Assembly (NCBI GenBank): GCA_964621445.1
Contig: CAZUNO010000002.1
Coordinates: 107,151 to 171,150 of the forward strand
Length of the DNA stretch: 64,000 nucleotides
Direction: 5' to 3'
Source: Candidatus Hadarchaeota archaeon
Lineage (GTDB): Archaea; CAYQAE01; CAYVLA01
The stretch's first letter is position 1. Each line of letters starts with the position of its first letter. Under the pieces are notes generated by a model. That model had not been told where the DNA came from. It saw only the letters and a list, made by a program, of their open reading frames with translations, and searched no databases. The position numbers were made by a program, and so were the translations under genes. Below, piece by piece: positions 39,282 to 48,272 of the stretch.

Positions 39282-40397
39282 CTACATGGTTAGTATATCG
39301 GGTCGCTCCAGCTCTAGGCCCTCTATCTCATGGGTGACAGTTGGCCACTGGCCTGTTGAGGTCAGCACCACGGGCCCATCATCGGTTGCTATTATGGTGT
39401 CCTCGGTCTTGGTCCCTGTAATTGAGGGATTCCATGCGAAGGCCTGGTTTGCCCTCACCTTCTCAAGCGAGGAGAAAGTGGCAAGGAAATCCCTGGTTTG
39501 ATATCCCGTGGGGCCTCCCTGGTGGTGAAGCCTCCATTCATCCTTATACCCCGACATTGTATATTCCTGAACCGCGGTATTCAGCAGCTGGGAGAGCTGG
39601 ACGCCTTCCTTGGTGCCCGCGATCAGCGCCGCATCCACCTTGGTACATGCATCGTGCTTCTTCCGTAGCTTTTCCGGGATCTGCCCAAAGTGAACTATTC
39701 TCGTCGCTGAGGCTATAAGACCCCATTTTCTGCCGCAGGTTACCAGCATGGCACAGTTCTGAAGCCTCTTGTCCGTGGGTATGGGATGGCGATACTTCTC
39801 GATCCGGTCATCGACAGCTATCAGTATCACTGCGGGAACTATTCCCTCTGAAAGTAAGTTTTTGGCCATCAGTGATCCTATCTCGTTTTCCGTCATCCCC
39901 GGCTCCAGTTCCCGGCATGATTTCTCGAGCATCGCCCCGGTTAGTTTACCGACCTGCCTGTATCTATCGATCTCCTCGGGGGTAAGGCTATAACGCAGGG
40001 GAGCGAAATCGTCATCCATCATCCGGGCTCCCTCGAAAGGCACATCAGTCCCAATATCCCCCGAACCCACAAGATCCCTAACCACTTCAAAGGTCCTATT
40101 ATCGTGCCAAGGGACCTCCTTGATCTCAAATCCCTGGCCCTCGACCTCCTCATCTACCATGCGCACGGCCTCGATGCCGCGTGATACGATGAATTTCTCG
40201 GTCGGGGTCACCACCGCGGTGCCTACCCCTTTTCGGTTAGTTAACTCCACGTGGTTATCGCCGCCGCAGGTGAGCCAAGCGAAGTTCTTGGAGGTCGTAA
40301 AACACATTGCCGCCAGATTCTCTTCATTCAAGAAACTGCGAACTTTTTTCTCCTTCTCCTGGACCTCTTTCATGGAAATTTCCAATCTAACACCCAT
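39282..40397 (-). CDS. M24-family metallopeptidase (creatinase / Xaa-Pro peptidase-like)
   Basis: Creatinase-N-like N-terminus followed by a pita-bread C-domain (HHQGGPTGYQTRD...). The start may be the downstream M9. Confidence 0.7.
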   Translation of the reverse strand: MGVRLEISMKEVQEKEKKVRSFLNEENLAAMCFTTSKNFAWLTCGGDNHVELTNRKGVGTAVVTPTEKFIVSRGIEAVRMVDEEVEGQGFEIKEVPWHDNRTFEVVRDLVGSGDIGTDVPFEGARMMDDDFAPLRYSLTPEEIDRYRQVGKLTGAMLEKSCRELEPGMTENEIGSLMAKNLLSEGIVPAVILIAVDDRIEKYRHPIPTDKRLQNCAMLVTCGRKWGLIASATRIVHFGQIPEKLRKKHDACTKVDAALIAGTKEGVQLSQLLNTAVQEYTMSGYKDEWRLHHQGGPTGYQTRDFLATFSSLEKVRANQAFAWNPSITGTKTEDTIIATDDGPVVLTSTGQWPTVTHEIEGLELERPDILTM

Positions 40398-40472
40398 TGT
40401 ATTCGATCAGATGATTCAACGCTTTGAAGCATGGAGGCCTGGAAATTGATATTAATGTTGCCCAATCAGCTC

Positions 40473-41207
40473 TCACTCTACAGGCTGGCCCGGGATACTA
40501 TCATCGCCTTCCACTGCCTCATCGACCATCCTTGCTAGAAGGTAAAAGCAGAGTCCGGTAACCCCTATGGCCAATATCACCAGGAAAGTACCCATCACCG
40601 GTATGAATATGGCCACCGCTGCCGCCATGAGCAACGCTCCACCGCCGCGGAAAAGGTCGTGGTCGAACTCCTTACCTATTCTATAGAGCTCGTATCCCCC
40701 GGCTACGCTTCCCCCTAGCTGCATAATCACGTTTAGAACGCCGGCCAGGCCCAGGACCATCAGCGATCCAGGGATCGAGGTCATGGCTTCCTGGCTCTCC
40801 GCGTTCTGGAGGAACTCGATCAATTCCTCCATTGCGCCTGGCAGAACCAGGTAGCTAACTAGTGTGACTATTCCCAGGATGAGGAAGCAGATGAAGGCTA
40901 TCAGACCCAGGCTTCTGTCCGTCATCCGCCACAATCCAACGAATCCTAGCGAAAAGAAAGCATATCCCGCCATCTGGACCCCCGCATAGGGCATTCCCAC
41001 ATCCACGTTCCTTCGGATATCGGGAAGGGCATCCGAAAGCTCGTCGGCCATCTGGCTCAGGTTCTGTCCGCTTGTGAAGGCGGTCGAGAGATTTGCCGAA
41101 CCCATTCCAACATTGGCCGCCGTACTCTGGAGACCCAAACTGCCGAGGAGTGCTAAAAGGGAGCCAATTGCCCCAATATATAGAAAGGTCGTCTTCTTCA
41201 TTGCCAT
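40473..41207 (-). CDS. polytopic membrane protein (DUF4013-like), last gene of the ABC operon
   Basis: 244 aa with 5-6 TM helices. It is co-oriented with the upstream ABC genes with 3-nt spacing. Confidence 0.5.
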   Translation of the reverse strand: MAMKKTTFLYIGAIGSLLALLGSLGLQSTAANVGMGSANLSTAFTSGQNLSQMADELSDALPDIRRNVDVGMPYAGVQMAGYAFFSLGFVGLWRMTDRSLGLIAFICFLILGIVTLVSYLVLPGAMEELIEFLQNAESQEAMTSIPGSLMVLGLAGVLNVIMQLGGSVAGGYELYRIGKEFDHDLFRGGGALLMAAAVAIFIPVMGTFLVILAIGVTGLCFYLLARMVDEAVEGDDSIPGQPVE

Positions 41208-41210
41208 CAG

Positions 41211-41858
41211 CTAATTTTCCTTTGATTTCTCATCACTCTTAAGCTTCTTCATCCACGCAGGCTCTCCACGACGTCTCTTCCTGGTCTCATTGCGGCGGAA
41301 CCACCTAACCGCGATACCAATTGCTAGAGGGATGAAGGGCATGCCCACCAGAGTGGCGTAAGCCTTATCGCTTAAACCAGGTATGACCCGTATCCTCGGG
41401 CCTGATATGATGTCTCCTCCTTCAGCGAAAGCTGACCTGTCGCCCATGGTGTAGTTTCCCCTCACCTTCAACATGTAATAACCTCTCTCGGGTATCCTTA
41501 TCCTGAATAGGCCCCCTCTCAAGGTTGGACCACGCAAAAGATCCCAGGTCGTGTTTTCCGCGTCAACTATCCAATCCGGGTTAAAAGCCACGTATGTGTC
41601 GTTTGCATCGTCGAACATGAGAACACGAACTCTGATGTTCTCCACCGTTAGATTCGTGATCTGTAATTTGAAGCCTAGAACAAATTCCTGGTTAAGTTCA
41701 AATTTTGGTCCAAGCCCCGCCCCGGTCTCAGGAGAGGTTATGGATATGGATACAGGACCCGTTGCCCCGCCAAATTCGCCAGTCTCAGGTCCAACCCTGA
41801 CCTGCGCCGCTACTCCGGTAAAGGCAATGATCAGTATAAGTAGGCCAAGCTTCCTCAA
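41211..41858 (-). CDS. secreted protein with a C-terminal TM anchor and basic tail
   Basis: Signal peptide MRKLGLLILIIAFTGVAA. N-glycosylation sequons NLT, NTT and NYT. C-terminal hydrophobic helix followed by a KRRR tail. Confidence 0.45.
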   Translation of the reverse strand: MRKLGLLILIIAFTGVAAQVRVGPETGEFGGATGPVSISITSPETGAGLGPKFELNQEFVLGFKLQITNLTVENIRVRVLMFDDANDTYVAFNPDWIVDAENTTWDLLRGPTLRGGLFRIRIPERGYYMLKVRGNYTMGDRSAFAEGGDIISGPRIRVIPGLSDKAYATLVGMPFIPLAIGIAVRWFRRNETRKRRRGEPAWMKKLKSDEKSKEN

Positions 41859-41859
41859 T

Positions 41860-42660
41860 TTATTCTCCCTCCCGCAGGCCCAACACGCAGATGGCGCCCA
41901 TGATGAAAATTAGGACGTACAATAGAAGTCCAAGAACTCCCAACCAGAGGTCCGTTCCCTGTTCGAAAACCTGATCCGTTATCATTATGCCGTATCGTAT
42001 GACCGACAGGTTCCTAAAGGCGTCAAGTATGTCCATGACGGCCTCAAATTCGGAGAATATACCCCTGGCAACGGATAGGGCCATGAACCCGAAGACCACG
42101 GCCAGGCTACCCAAAGCCGACGACTTAACCGTGGAACTAAGGCTGGATATGAAGATCGATAAGGCGCTCACAGCTCCAACCACCAGGAAGGTAGAGCCAA
42201 ACCCCAGCAAAAGGTCGCCCCATTTTACGCTCCCTACCAAGTCCTTGCCGCCCAGGATGAAGTAGAGGCCGCTGGCTGCAAGTATTCCGAGCCATAAAAC
42301 CAGTATGGAGAGGTACTTGCCGACGACTATGGAGGAAGCCGACACCGGAGAGGACCTGATAAGCGGCAGCGTCCTCATTGATCTCTCGGTGACGATCGAG
42401 TCCATCGAGAATGCCACGGCGAAGAACAGCCCCAAAAGTGACAACAGGCTAACCACCATCTGGACTATGGGGCCGGTTCCCATGGGGATTTCGGTTTGGA
42501 TCCACATGAAAAAGCTAATTCCAACGAAGGATATGGTGGCCATCAAGTAGGCTCTGAGACTTAGTAATTGGTCTCTGAGTTCCTTCTCCATGATTATGAA
42601 AATCGAGGTGATGTCGCTGAACCCGTTGACGATTCTCCTCCTCGACATGGACCAAGACAT
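41860..42660 (-). CDS. ABC-2 type transporter permease
   Basis: 266 aa with 6 TM helices. It lies directly downstream of the ABC ATPase, with a 6-nt gap. Confidence 0.7.
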   Translation of the reverse strand: MSWSMSRRRIVNGFSDITSIFIIMEKELRDQLLSLRAYLMATISFVGISFFMWIQTEIPMGTGPIVQMVVSLLSLLGLFFAVAFSMDSIVTERSMRTLPLIRSSPVSASSIVVGKYLSILVLWLGILAASGLYFILGGKDLVGSVKWGDLLLGFGSTFLVVGAVSALSIFISSLSSTVKSSALGSLAVVFGFMALSVARGIFSEFEAVMDILDAFRNLSVIRYGIMITDQVFEQGTDLWLGVLGLLLYVLIFIMGAICVLGLREGE

Positions 42661-42666
42661 GTACCT

Positions 42667-43599
42667 TCACCTTGTGTAACTCATGAATACGTCCTCCAGG
42701 GTTGGCTCCCTGAGATCCATTGACAGGAGGCCTCCACCAGCCTCTACCAATACCCTGGCCAACTCGGGCCTCTTCTCCAGCGAGGTGTTGGCCTTCACCT
42801 TCATCCTCCCCACCTCCGACATGGTGACTTCCTGGACCCAGGATAAGGAATTAACCTCGTCTCGAATGACATCCATCGGGGTATCCAATGACAACCTCAC
42901 GTCTATCACATTAGTCACCCTAACTCCCTCACGAAGATTATCAGGGGTATCCAGGGCCACCAGATTGCCTTCATTGATTATGCCGACCTGGTCGCATACC
43001 ATCTCCACTTCAGGTAGGATATGCGTGCATAGGAATATCGTCCTACCGCTCTCGCCCAGATCCAATATCAGGTTTCTTACCTCCCTGGTGCCTCTGGGAT
43101 CGAGCCCTGAGGTCGGCTCGTCTAGTATGAGCAAATTGGGGTCATGTAGAAGGGTCCGGGCGATATTCAGACGCTGCCTCATTCCCAGGGAGAATGATCT
43201 CAATATGAGATCCTTCTCCTCATACAGACTCACTCTCTTAAGGGCCTCCTTTATCCGTTCCTCGGCATTTCCAATCCTGAAAAGCTTTGAAAAGTAGGTT
43301 AGGAATTCCTTGGGGGTCATCTCAGGATAGAATCCAGGTGACTCGGGAAGATAACCAACCGTCCTCTTCACCGCCATGTAATCGGAAATAATGTCATGCC
43401 CCCAAACGAAAGCTGTACCTGAGGTGGGGCGAATTAAACAGGTCAGCATCCTTATGGTGGTCGTCTTGCCTGCCCCGTTCGGACCCAGGAGCCCGAAAAC
43501 CTTACCCTTCTCGACCTCTATATTCATGTCATTTACGGCCCTAAAACCGTCGAACTCCCTGCTTAACCCCCTGCATTTTACTGCGAGATCGTTATTCAA
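42667..43599 (-). CDS. ABC transporter ATP-binding protein
   Basis: Walker A GPNGAGKTTTIRML. ABC signature LSLGMRQRLNIA. Walker B LLILDEPTSGLD. H-loop. Confidence 0.9.
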   Translation of the reverse strand: MNNDLAVKCRGLSREFDGFRAVNDMNIEVEKGKVFGLLGPNGAGKTTTIRMLTCLIRPTSGTAFVWGHDIISDYMAVKRTVGYLPESPGFYPEMTPKEFLTYFSKLFRIGNAEERIKEALKRVSLYEEKDLILRSFSLGMRQRLNIARTLLHDPNLLILDEPTSGLDPRGTREVRNLILDLGESGRTIFLCTHILPEVEMVCDQVGIINEGNLVALDTPDNLREGVRVTNVIDVRLSLDTPMDVIRDEVNSLSWVQEVTMSEVGRMKVKANTSLEKRPELARVLVEAGGGLLSMDLREPTLEDVFMSYTR

Positions 43600-43744
43600 C
43601 CCTTATCTCTCCCCCAGGTGAACTTCTTATGTGATTGAATAGGCGTTAACCGGGCCCAGACATATAAATAGGCCATAGCTTTATCACATAGAGAGCTATA
43701 GCCCAAAAAAGTTTAATACATTTTCGGCAGAGGCATAGCAGGAA

Positions 43745-44173
43745 GTGTTAAACTTGTCACAGCAAAAAACGGGATCAATGCCTAAGAAATGGATAATAAT
43801 AGCCACCGTGGCCATCGTTGCGGTTCTGGTCGTCGTTCTTGTCCTTACCTATGAACCGCCTGATATCTCGATGAGCATAGATGATGTTGAGAGGGCCAGC
43901 GATGGAACGGTCAATCTCACCTTAACCTACACTACAAAGGATGTCAACATCACCGGGCAGGACTATCGGGTAAGGATTGTAGGTAGGAGAACCCTGGAGA
44001 CCACGGAGGAGAAGAAGCAGCTAGTTGAACGTCCTCTCCCTGATATTGGGCCAGAATCCTCCCAGTCCCAGTCCTTTTCCCTGGAGGCCAAGGGATTCAC
44101 CGACGTTACCGTCGAGATATGGAAGGGGAATAACAGGGTCCTGCTTAAAACCCAAAGGCTGCCAATGACCTAA
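43745..44173 (+). CDS. hypothetical membrane-anchored protein (N-terminal TM)
   Basis: 142 aa. N-terminal TM IIATVAIVAVLVVVLVL followed by a soluble domain. Confidence 0.4.
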   Translation: MLNLSQQKTGSMPKKWIIIATVAIVAVLVVVLVLTYEPPDISMSIDDVERASDGTVNLTLTYTTKDVNITGQDYRVRIVGRRTLETTEEKKQLVERPLPDIGPESSQSQSFSLEAKGFTDVTVEIWKGNNRVLLKTQRLPMT

Positions 44174-44414
44174 GCAGCTAATTCTAGGTTCGCCCGGAGA
44201 GAGCGATGAGGACGTACTAGCCACCATAGAACCCACAGACGATCTCTCAGATATACCGATCCGGGGCCTTTCCCCTTTTCTTCGTTGCCATGGGAAACCT
44301 GATAGACGAAATGAGCTTCAATAAGGGAGATCTAAACGGTATCTACAGGGAACTGGTCATCCGGTCATGGGAACATAACCTAAAGTCTTTCCCTATCTGA
44401 TTGAGTACGGTAGC

Positions 44415-44615
44415 ATGGTAAATCCCTTATGGAAAAAAGGAGTTCGAAAAACATACAAAATCCCTCAAGTGGAACTGATGATATCCACCCGCGTGGATAG
44501 GACCTACTACGCAATGCAGCTGGGTTCTCTCATAATTCTGCCCCTGCTGGTATTCGCAATAGGAGGGGTATCGGGCATCCTGATCATGGGGCCCCTGCTC
44601 CTTCTCGGTCTGTAG
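44415..44615 (+). CDS. hypothetical small membrane protein
   Basis: 66 aa with a C-terminal hydrophobic helix. Support is weak. Confidence 0.25.
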   Translation: MVNPLWKKGVRKTYKIPQVELMISTRVDRTYYAMQLGSLIILPLLVFAIGGVSGILIMGPLLLLGL

Positions 44616-44680
44616 ATCGGAATATCACTTCTCGACTATATCCTTATCCAGGTAGGGTCCGACTGGCTATCTAAGGGGCT

Positions 44681-45826
44681 TTAGAGCTCTCTATGGAAAG
44701 TGGATATGCTCTCCCCGCCCATTTCACCATCGAGCACGATGTCCTCAATACGCATTCCACCGATGCTTTTCTTTGATATACCCGGTTCCACGCTGTGAAG
44801 GTAGTTCTCGTGAAGAATGTCATGAGAGCCCGGTTTGATGAAAGGGGGCTCGTGGCAAGCTACCCCGATACCATGACCAAGGAATGCCGGGAAGTAATCA
44901 CCGTAACCGCCCTCCCCTATGACCTCGCGTGCTCTTCCGTCAAGCTCTATTGAATCGATCCCATCCCGTATGGCCTCGATTGCCGCCTGTTCAGCTTCAA
45001 GTAAGAGGTCCCAGACCTCCTCCTGCTCCTGGCTTGGACTGCCGGCCACCCAGGTCCTCGTAAGGTCGCACCAGTAACCGTCCACGCAGGTATTCAGCTC
45101 GATGAGAACGGCATCGCCGTCCTTCATCCTTCTGGACGAGCAGATATTATAGGGCCTGGGGGCCTTGTAGGACTGTGGGCCTGACATGACAAAGGCAAAA
45201 CCACGGGCGTGTTGGGCCTTTCCCTTGAAACCAAAGCCCTCCTCGTATATCTTCGCCTCGCAGGCTGCGGCGACCTCCGTCTCCTTGGTCCCCGGCTCAA
45301 CCCTCTCGTAGGCCTCCTCGAGACCCTGTGAACAGAGACCAGCGGCCAATCTCATGGCCTCTATCTCGCTCTCGGTTTTCTCCTTTCTCATCTCCAGGAT
45401 CAGATCGGTGGCATCCACCAGCTTGGAGTTCCCGAGAGAGGACTTCAGGAAATCGAGATGTTGAAAGCCGACATGGGAGTTCTCCACCCCAATCACGTTT
45501 CCTGCGATGGTCTCGAATGAACCCTCATACCCCACGGTTCCCCCAACATCCAGTGATTTAAGAAGGGACCCGGCCTCTTCGTAGGGCTCACCCTCATATA
45601 TCCTGATATCCGGAGCCCATGCTCTTTCCGTGAACTCCACCTCGTACTCGGGAGCTAACAATACGATATCCCCTTCGGCGGGGACTATGGAAAAGGACCA
45701 GCCTCTTATCGGCCAGTATCCTGAAAAGAAAGTCACGTTCTCCGAGTTCCTACAGACAAGAAAGTCAATTTCATCTTCCCGTAACATGGACTGTATCCTT
45801 TTTACCTTCTCGGTTTCTAGTTGCAT
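44681..45826 (-). CDS. M24-family Xaa-Pro dipeptidase/aminopeptidase
   Basis: 381 aa. Creatinase-N domain followed by a pita-bread domain with metal ligands (DGYWCDLTRT, HGIGVACHE, SVEPGI). Confidence 0.85.
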   Translation of the reverse strand: MQLETEKVKRIQSMLREDEIDFLVCRNSENVTFFSGYWPIRGWSFSIVPAEGDIVLLAPEYEVEFTERAWAPDIRIYEGEPYEEAGSLLKSLDVGGTVGYEGSFETIAGNVIGVENSHVGFQHLDFLKSSLGNSKLVDATDLILEMRKEKTESEIEAMRLAAGLCSQGLEEAYERVEPGTKETEVAAACEAKIYEEGFGFKGKAQHARGFAFVMSGPQSYKAPRPYNICSSRRMKDGDAVLIELNTCVDGYWCDLTRTWVAGSPSQEQEEVWDLLLEAEQAAIEAIRDGIDSIELDGRAREVIGEGGYGDYFPAFLGHGIGVACHEPPFIKPGSHDILHENYLHSVEPGISKKSIGGMRIEDIVLDGEMGGESISTFHREL

Positions 45827-45880
45827 GGCTATCCCAAATCCGGGCCTTCATACTCAGTTATAAATGGGTCCGCATTCGTT

Positions 45881-46081
45881 CTATGCTATATAATCGGGGC
45901 TGGGGCCATCCAGGTCGTATTTCTCAAGACATTTCCTGCACACGCCCATGTCCATGTCAAAACATTTCATGCAAACCACCTTCCGGCAGCTTTCACATCT
46001 TCGGACCTGTCCTTCCTTTAGCCTTGATCCACATATCGGGCAGTTGGAACCCCTTTTCCTCTTTCTTACAGCGGGTGACAT
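45881..46081 (-). CDS. small double zinc-ribbon protein
   Basis: 66 aa with CPICG...CESC...CMKC...CRKC. Confidence 0.4.
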   Translation of the reverse strand: MSPAVRKRKRGSNCPICGSRLKEGQVRRCESCRKVVCMKCFDMDMGVCRKCLEKYDLDGPSPDYIA

Positions 46082-46120
46082 CTAACCGTGATTATACCCC
46101 GTAACCAAAAAGCGTTACTA

Positions 46121-47191
46121 CTATCTGGGGAACTTGCCGTATTTTTTCAGGGCATTGAACATGGATTGAACGTTCCTTATGGGAACTATTTCCTCTATCT
46201 CGCTGCTGGACCCCAGCACATATCCGCCTCCAGGCCCGGCATCGCTTATCCTGTCTGCTACCTCCTGGGCCACATCGGACACAGTGCCAAGGGGAAGGGT
46301 ATCGGAACAGTCAATATTACCGAATAGGACAACCCGGTCGCCAATCTTCTCCTTGACCTTGATCATCTCCATTCCGCAGAAGGGCTCAAGGGGATGTATG
46401 CCGGAAATGCCGCAATCCAGGAGATCATCCAATATTGGCCAGAGGTCACCGTCAGAGTGAAATACGTACTTTATATCATGCTTCCGGAAGGCCCTTACGA
46501 TCCTCTTCAGGTAGGGAAAGAACATCTTCCTTAGAAGTTCCGGGCGGAGGAAGGTCCCGTGGTCCGTGCACACGTCCTCCCCGCCAAATACCACCGGTGC
46601 TATTTCCTTTTCAGCACATATCTTGGCAAACTTGACATGGGCCTCCCCCAGGTTCTCTATGTCCCTCTCGACCCGGCGTCTCTCTGAATAGAGAACCTTT
46701 GAGAAAAGCATTAGACCCAGACGGTTCTGGGCATAGGCACCTATCCCCGGAACCCAGTTGCCGTTGTGGTACAGGTAATAGACGGGGTCGATAAGTTCCT
46801 GAGTTTCCCGGTAATGTCGACAGGCGTGTTCAGCCATGCGAGCAATCTGGTCCTCATCCACCTTCTCAATTGGATTCTGGAGAAAATCCTCAACGCTTCT
46901 TATCTCTCTTTGAACTATCCATGTGGTGTAGGAATATCTCTTCCGCACTTTTCCCCCTTCTTCCTCCTCCACCACCCCATCTGGTGAGGCACCCTCTGTA
47001 CTCATTACAAAGCGCAGGGCATCTATGCCCAGCTCCAAACATACCTTGCGCCCCGCGAGCATGAGGTCCTTATCACTTAACTCTCCCGCGTAATGCCTTA
47101 GCAAGGAGCTGGAGGAGATATTATCATGGGTTGCTACCCGGTCCGTCTCCTCATGGTTCATTGCTTTCAGGAATCTATCCTTGGGTTTCAT
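46121..47191 (-). CDS. uroporphyrinogen decarboxylase (URO-D) family protein (MtaA-like methyltransferase or decarboxylase)
   Basis: URO-D fold pattern. The likely start is M31 (MKPKDRFLKAMNHEETDRV). It overlaps the upstream Gfo/Idh/MocA stop by 17 nt. Confidence 0.7.
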   Translation of the reverse strand: MKPKDRFLKAMNHEETDRVATHDNISSSSLLRHYAGELSDKDLMLAGRKVCLELGIDALRFVMSTEGASPDGVVEEEEGGKVRKRYSYTTWIVQREIRSVEDFLQNPIEKVDEDQIARMAEHACRHYRETQELIDPVYYLYHNGNWVPGIGAYAQNRLGLMLFSKVLYSERRRVERDIENLGEAHVKFAKICAEKEIAPVVFGGEDVCTDHGTFLRPELLRKMFFPYLKRIVRAFRKHDIKYVFHSDGDLWPILDDLLDCGISGIHPLEPFCGMEMIKVKEKIGDRVVLFGNIDCSDTLPLGTVSDVAQEVADRISDAGPGGGYVLGSSSEIEEIVPIRNVQSMFNALKKYGKFPR

Positions 47192-48173
47192 TGCCCATTT
47201 CCCCAATTGAAACCGGTTCTCCATCCAGAGCCGACCTTCGGGTGGCCAGGGCCATTTCCACCGCCTTGCGACCGTCCTCACCGGTTATCGATGGGTTCCT
47301 GTTATTACGTATGCTTTCCACGAAATCCTTCAGCTCCTCCAGGACCCCATCCTTTGAAGGTATTTGTTCTCCTTCCAATATCTTCTCCTCTCCACCCTCT
47401 TTCTTGTATATGATTCTCTTTTGGCTATTATCATAGAAAAGGGTACCTTCCCGGCAGAAAACTTCTCCTCTGTATCTACCCATTGTCGAGGATACCGCGG
47501 CATTTAAGGTCCCTATGGACCCGTTTTCAAACCTATATGAGGCGAAAATTGTATCCATAAAATCTACCCCATCGAGAACATACCTTCCACCCCTTGCAAA
47601 TACCTCTTCAGGCTCGCCGAGGATGTGTCTCATGTAATCAAGTTCATGAACGTTTACCTCTAGTAGGATGCCGCCGCAAAGGTCGCGCTTGCACCTCCAC
47701 CCGCTGGTGAACTTCCAGCTTCCCACCCGCATGACGGCCATGGACATGGGACTACCGATTTCATCCTTTACTATCCTTGCCGACTCCTTGAAAATGGGCA
47801 GAAGCCTTAGAACCTGACCGGTCATCAGGTTGACGCCGTTTGAATCGCAGGCATCTATCATTAGGTCGCAGTCCTCAAGGGTTAGTGCCAGGGGCTTCTC
47901 ACAGAACACGTGAATCCCGGCATCAGCCGCTTTTACGACGTATTCACGATGAAGATATCCGGGGGTGGATACGATAACCCCGTCGAGCCCGGGTGTTTGA
48001 AGGAGTTCCTTATAATTGGGACATGACTTTCCACCAAACTCCTCGGCAATACGGGTCGAAGAATCTGGATCGACGTCATAAGTTGCCACTAACTCTGCCC
48101 CATCAATTTTCACGAGTCTGCGCAGGAGACTATGACCATGCCCTCCGCATCCCACTATACCTATTCCTATCAT
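47175..48173 (-). CDS. Gfo/Idh/MocA-family oxidoreductase
   Basis: MIGIGIVGCGGHGHS Rossmann start. EKPLALT motif. C-terminal pattern ...GEDGRKAVEMALATRRSALDGEPV. Confidence 0.85.
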   Translation of the reverse strand: MIGIGIVGCGGHGHSLLRRLVKIDGAELVATYDVDPDSSTRIAEEFGGKSCPNYKELLQTPGLDGVIVSTPGYLHREYVVKAADAGIHVFCEKPLALTLEDCDLMIDACDSNGVNLMTGQVLRLLPIFKESARIVKDEIGSPMSMAVMRVGSWKFTSGWRCKRDLCGGILLEVNVHELDYMRHILGEPEEVFARGGRYVLDGVDFMDTIFASYRFENGSIGTLNAAVSSTMGRYRGEVFCREGTLFYDNSQKRIIYKKEGGEEKILEGEQIPSKDGVLEELKDFVESIRNNRNPSITGEDGRKAVEMALATRRSALDGEPVSIGEMGNETQG

Positions 48174-48272
48174 CCTTACACCTTGTCGCCAACCGTTTCC
48201 GGCTAGATGCCAAGCGCTGCGGACGGCCCTTCTTTAGTATGTTGCTTTCATCACTTGGCCAAACCCGATTAA

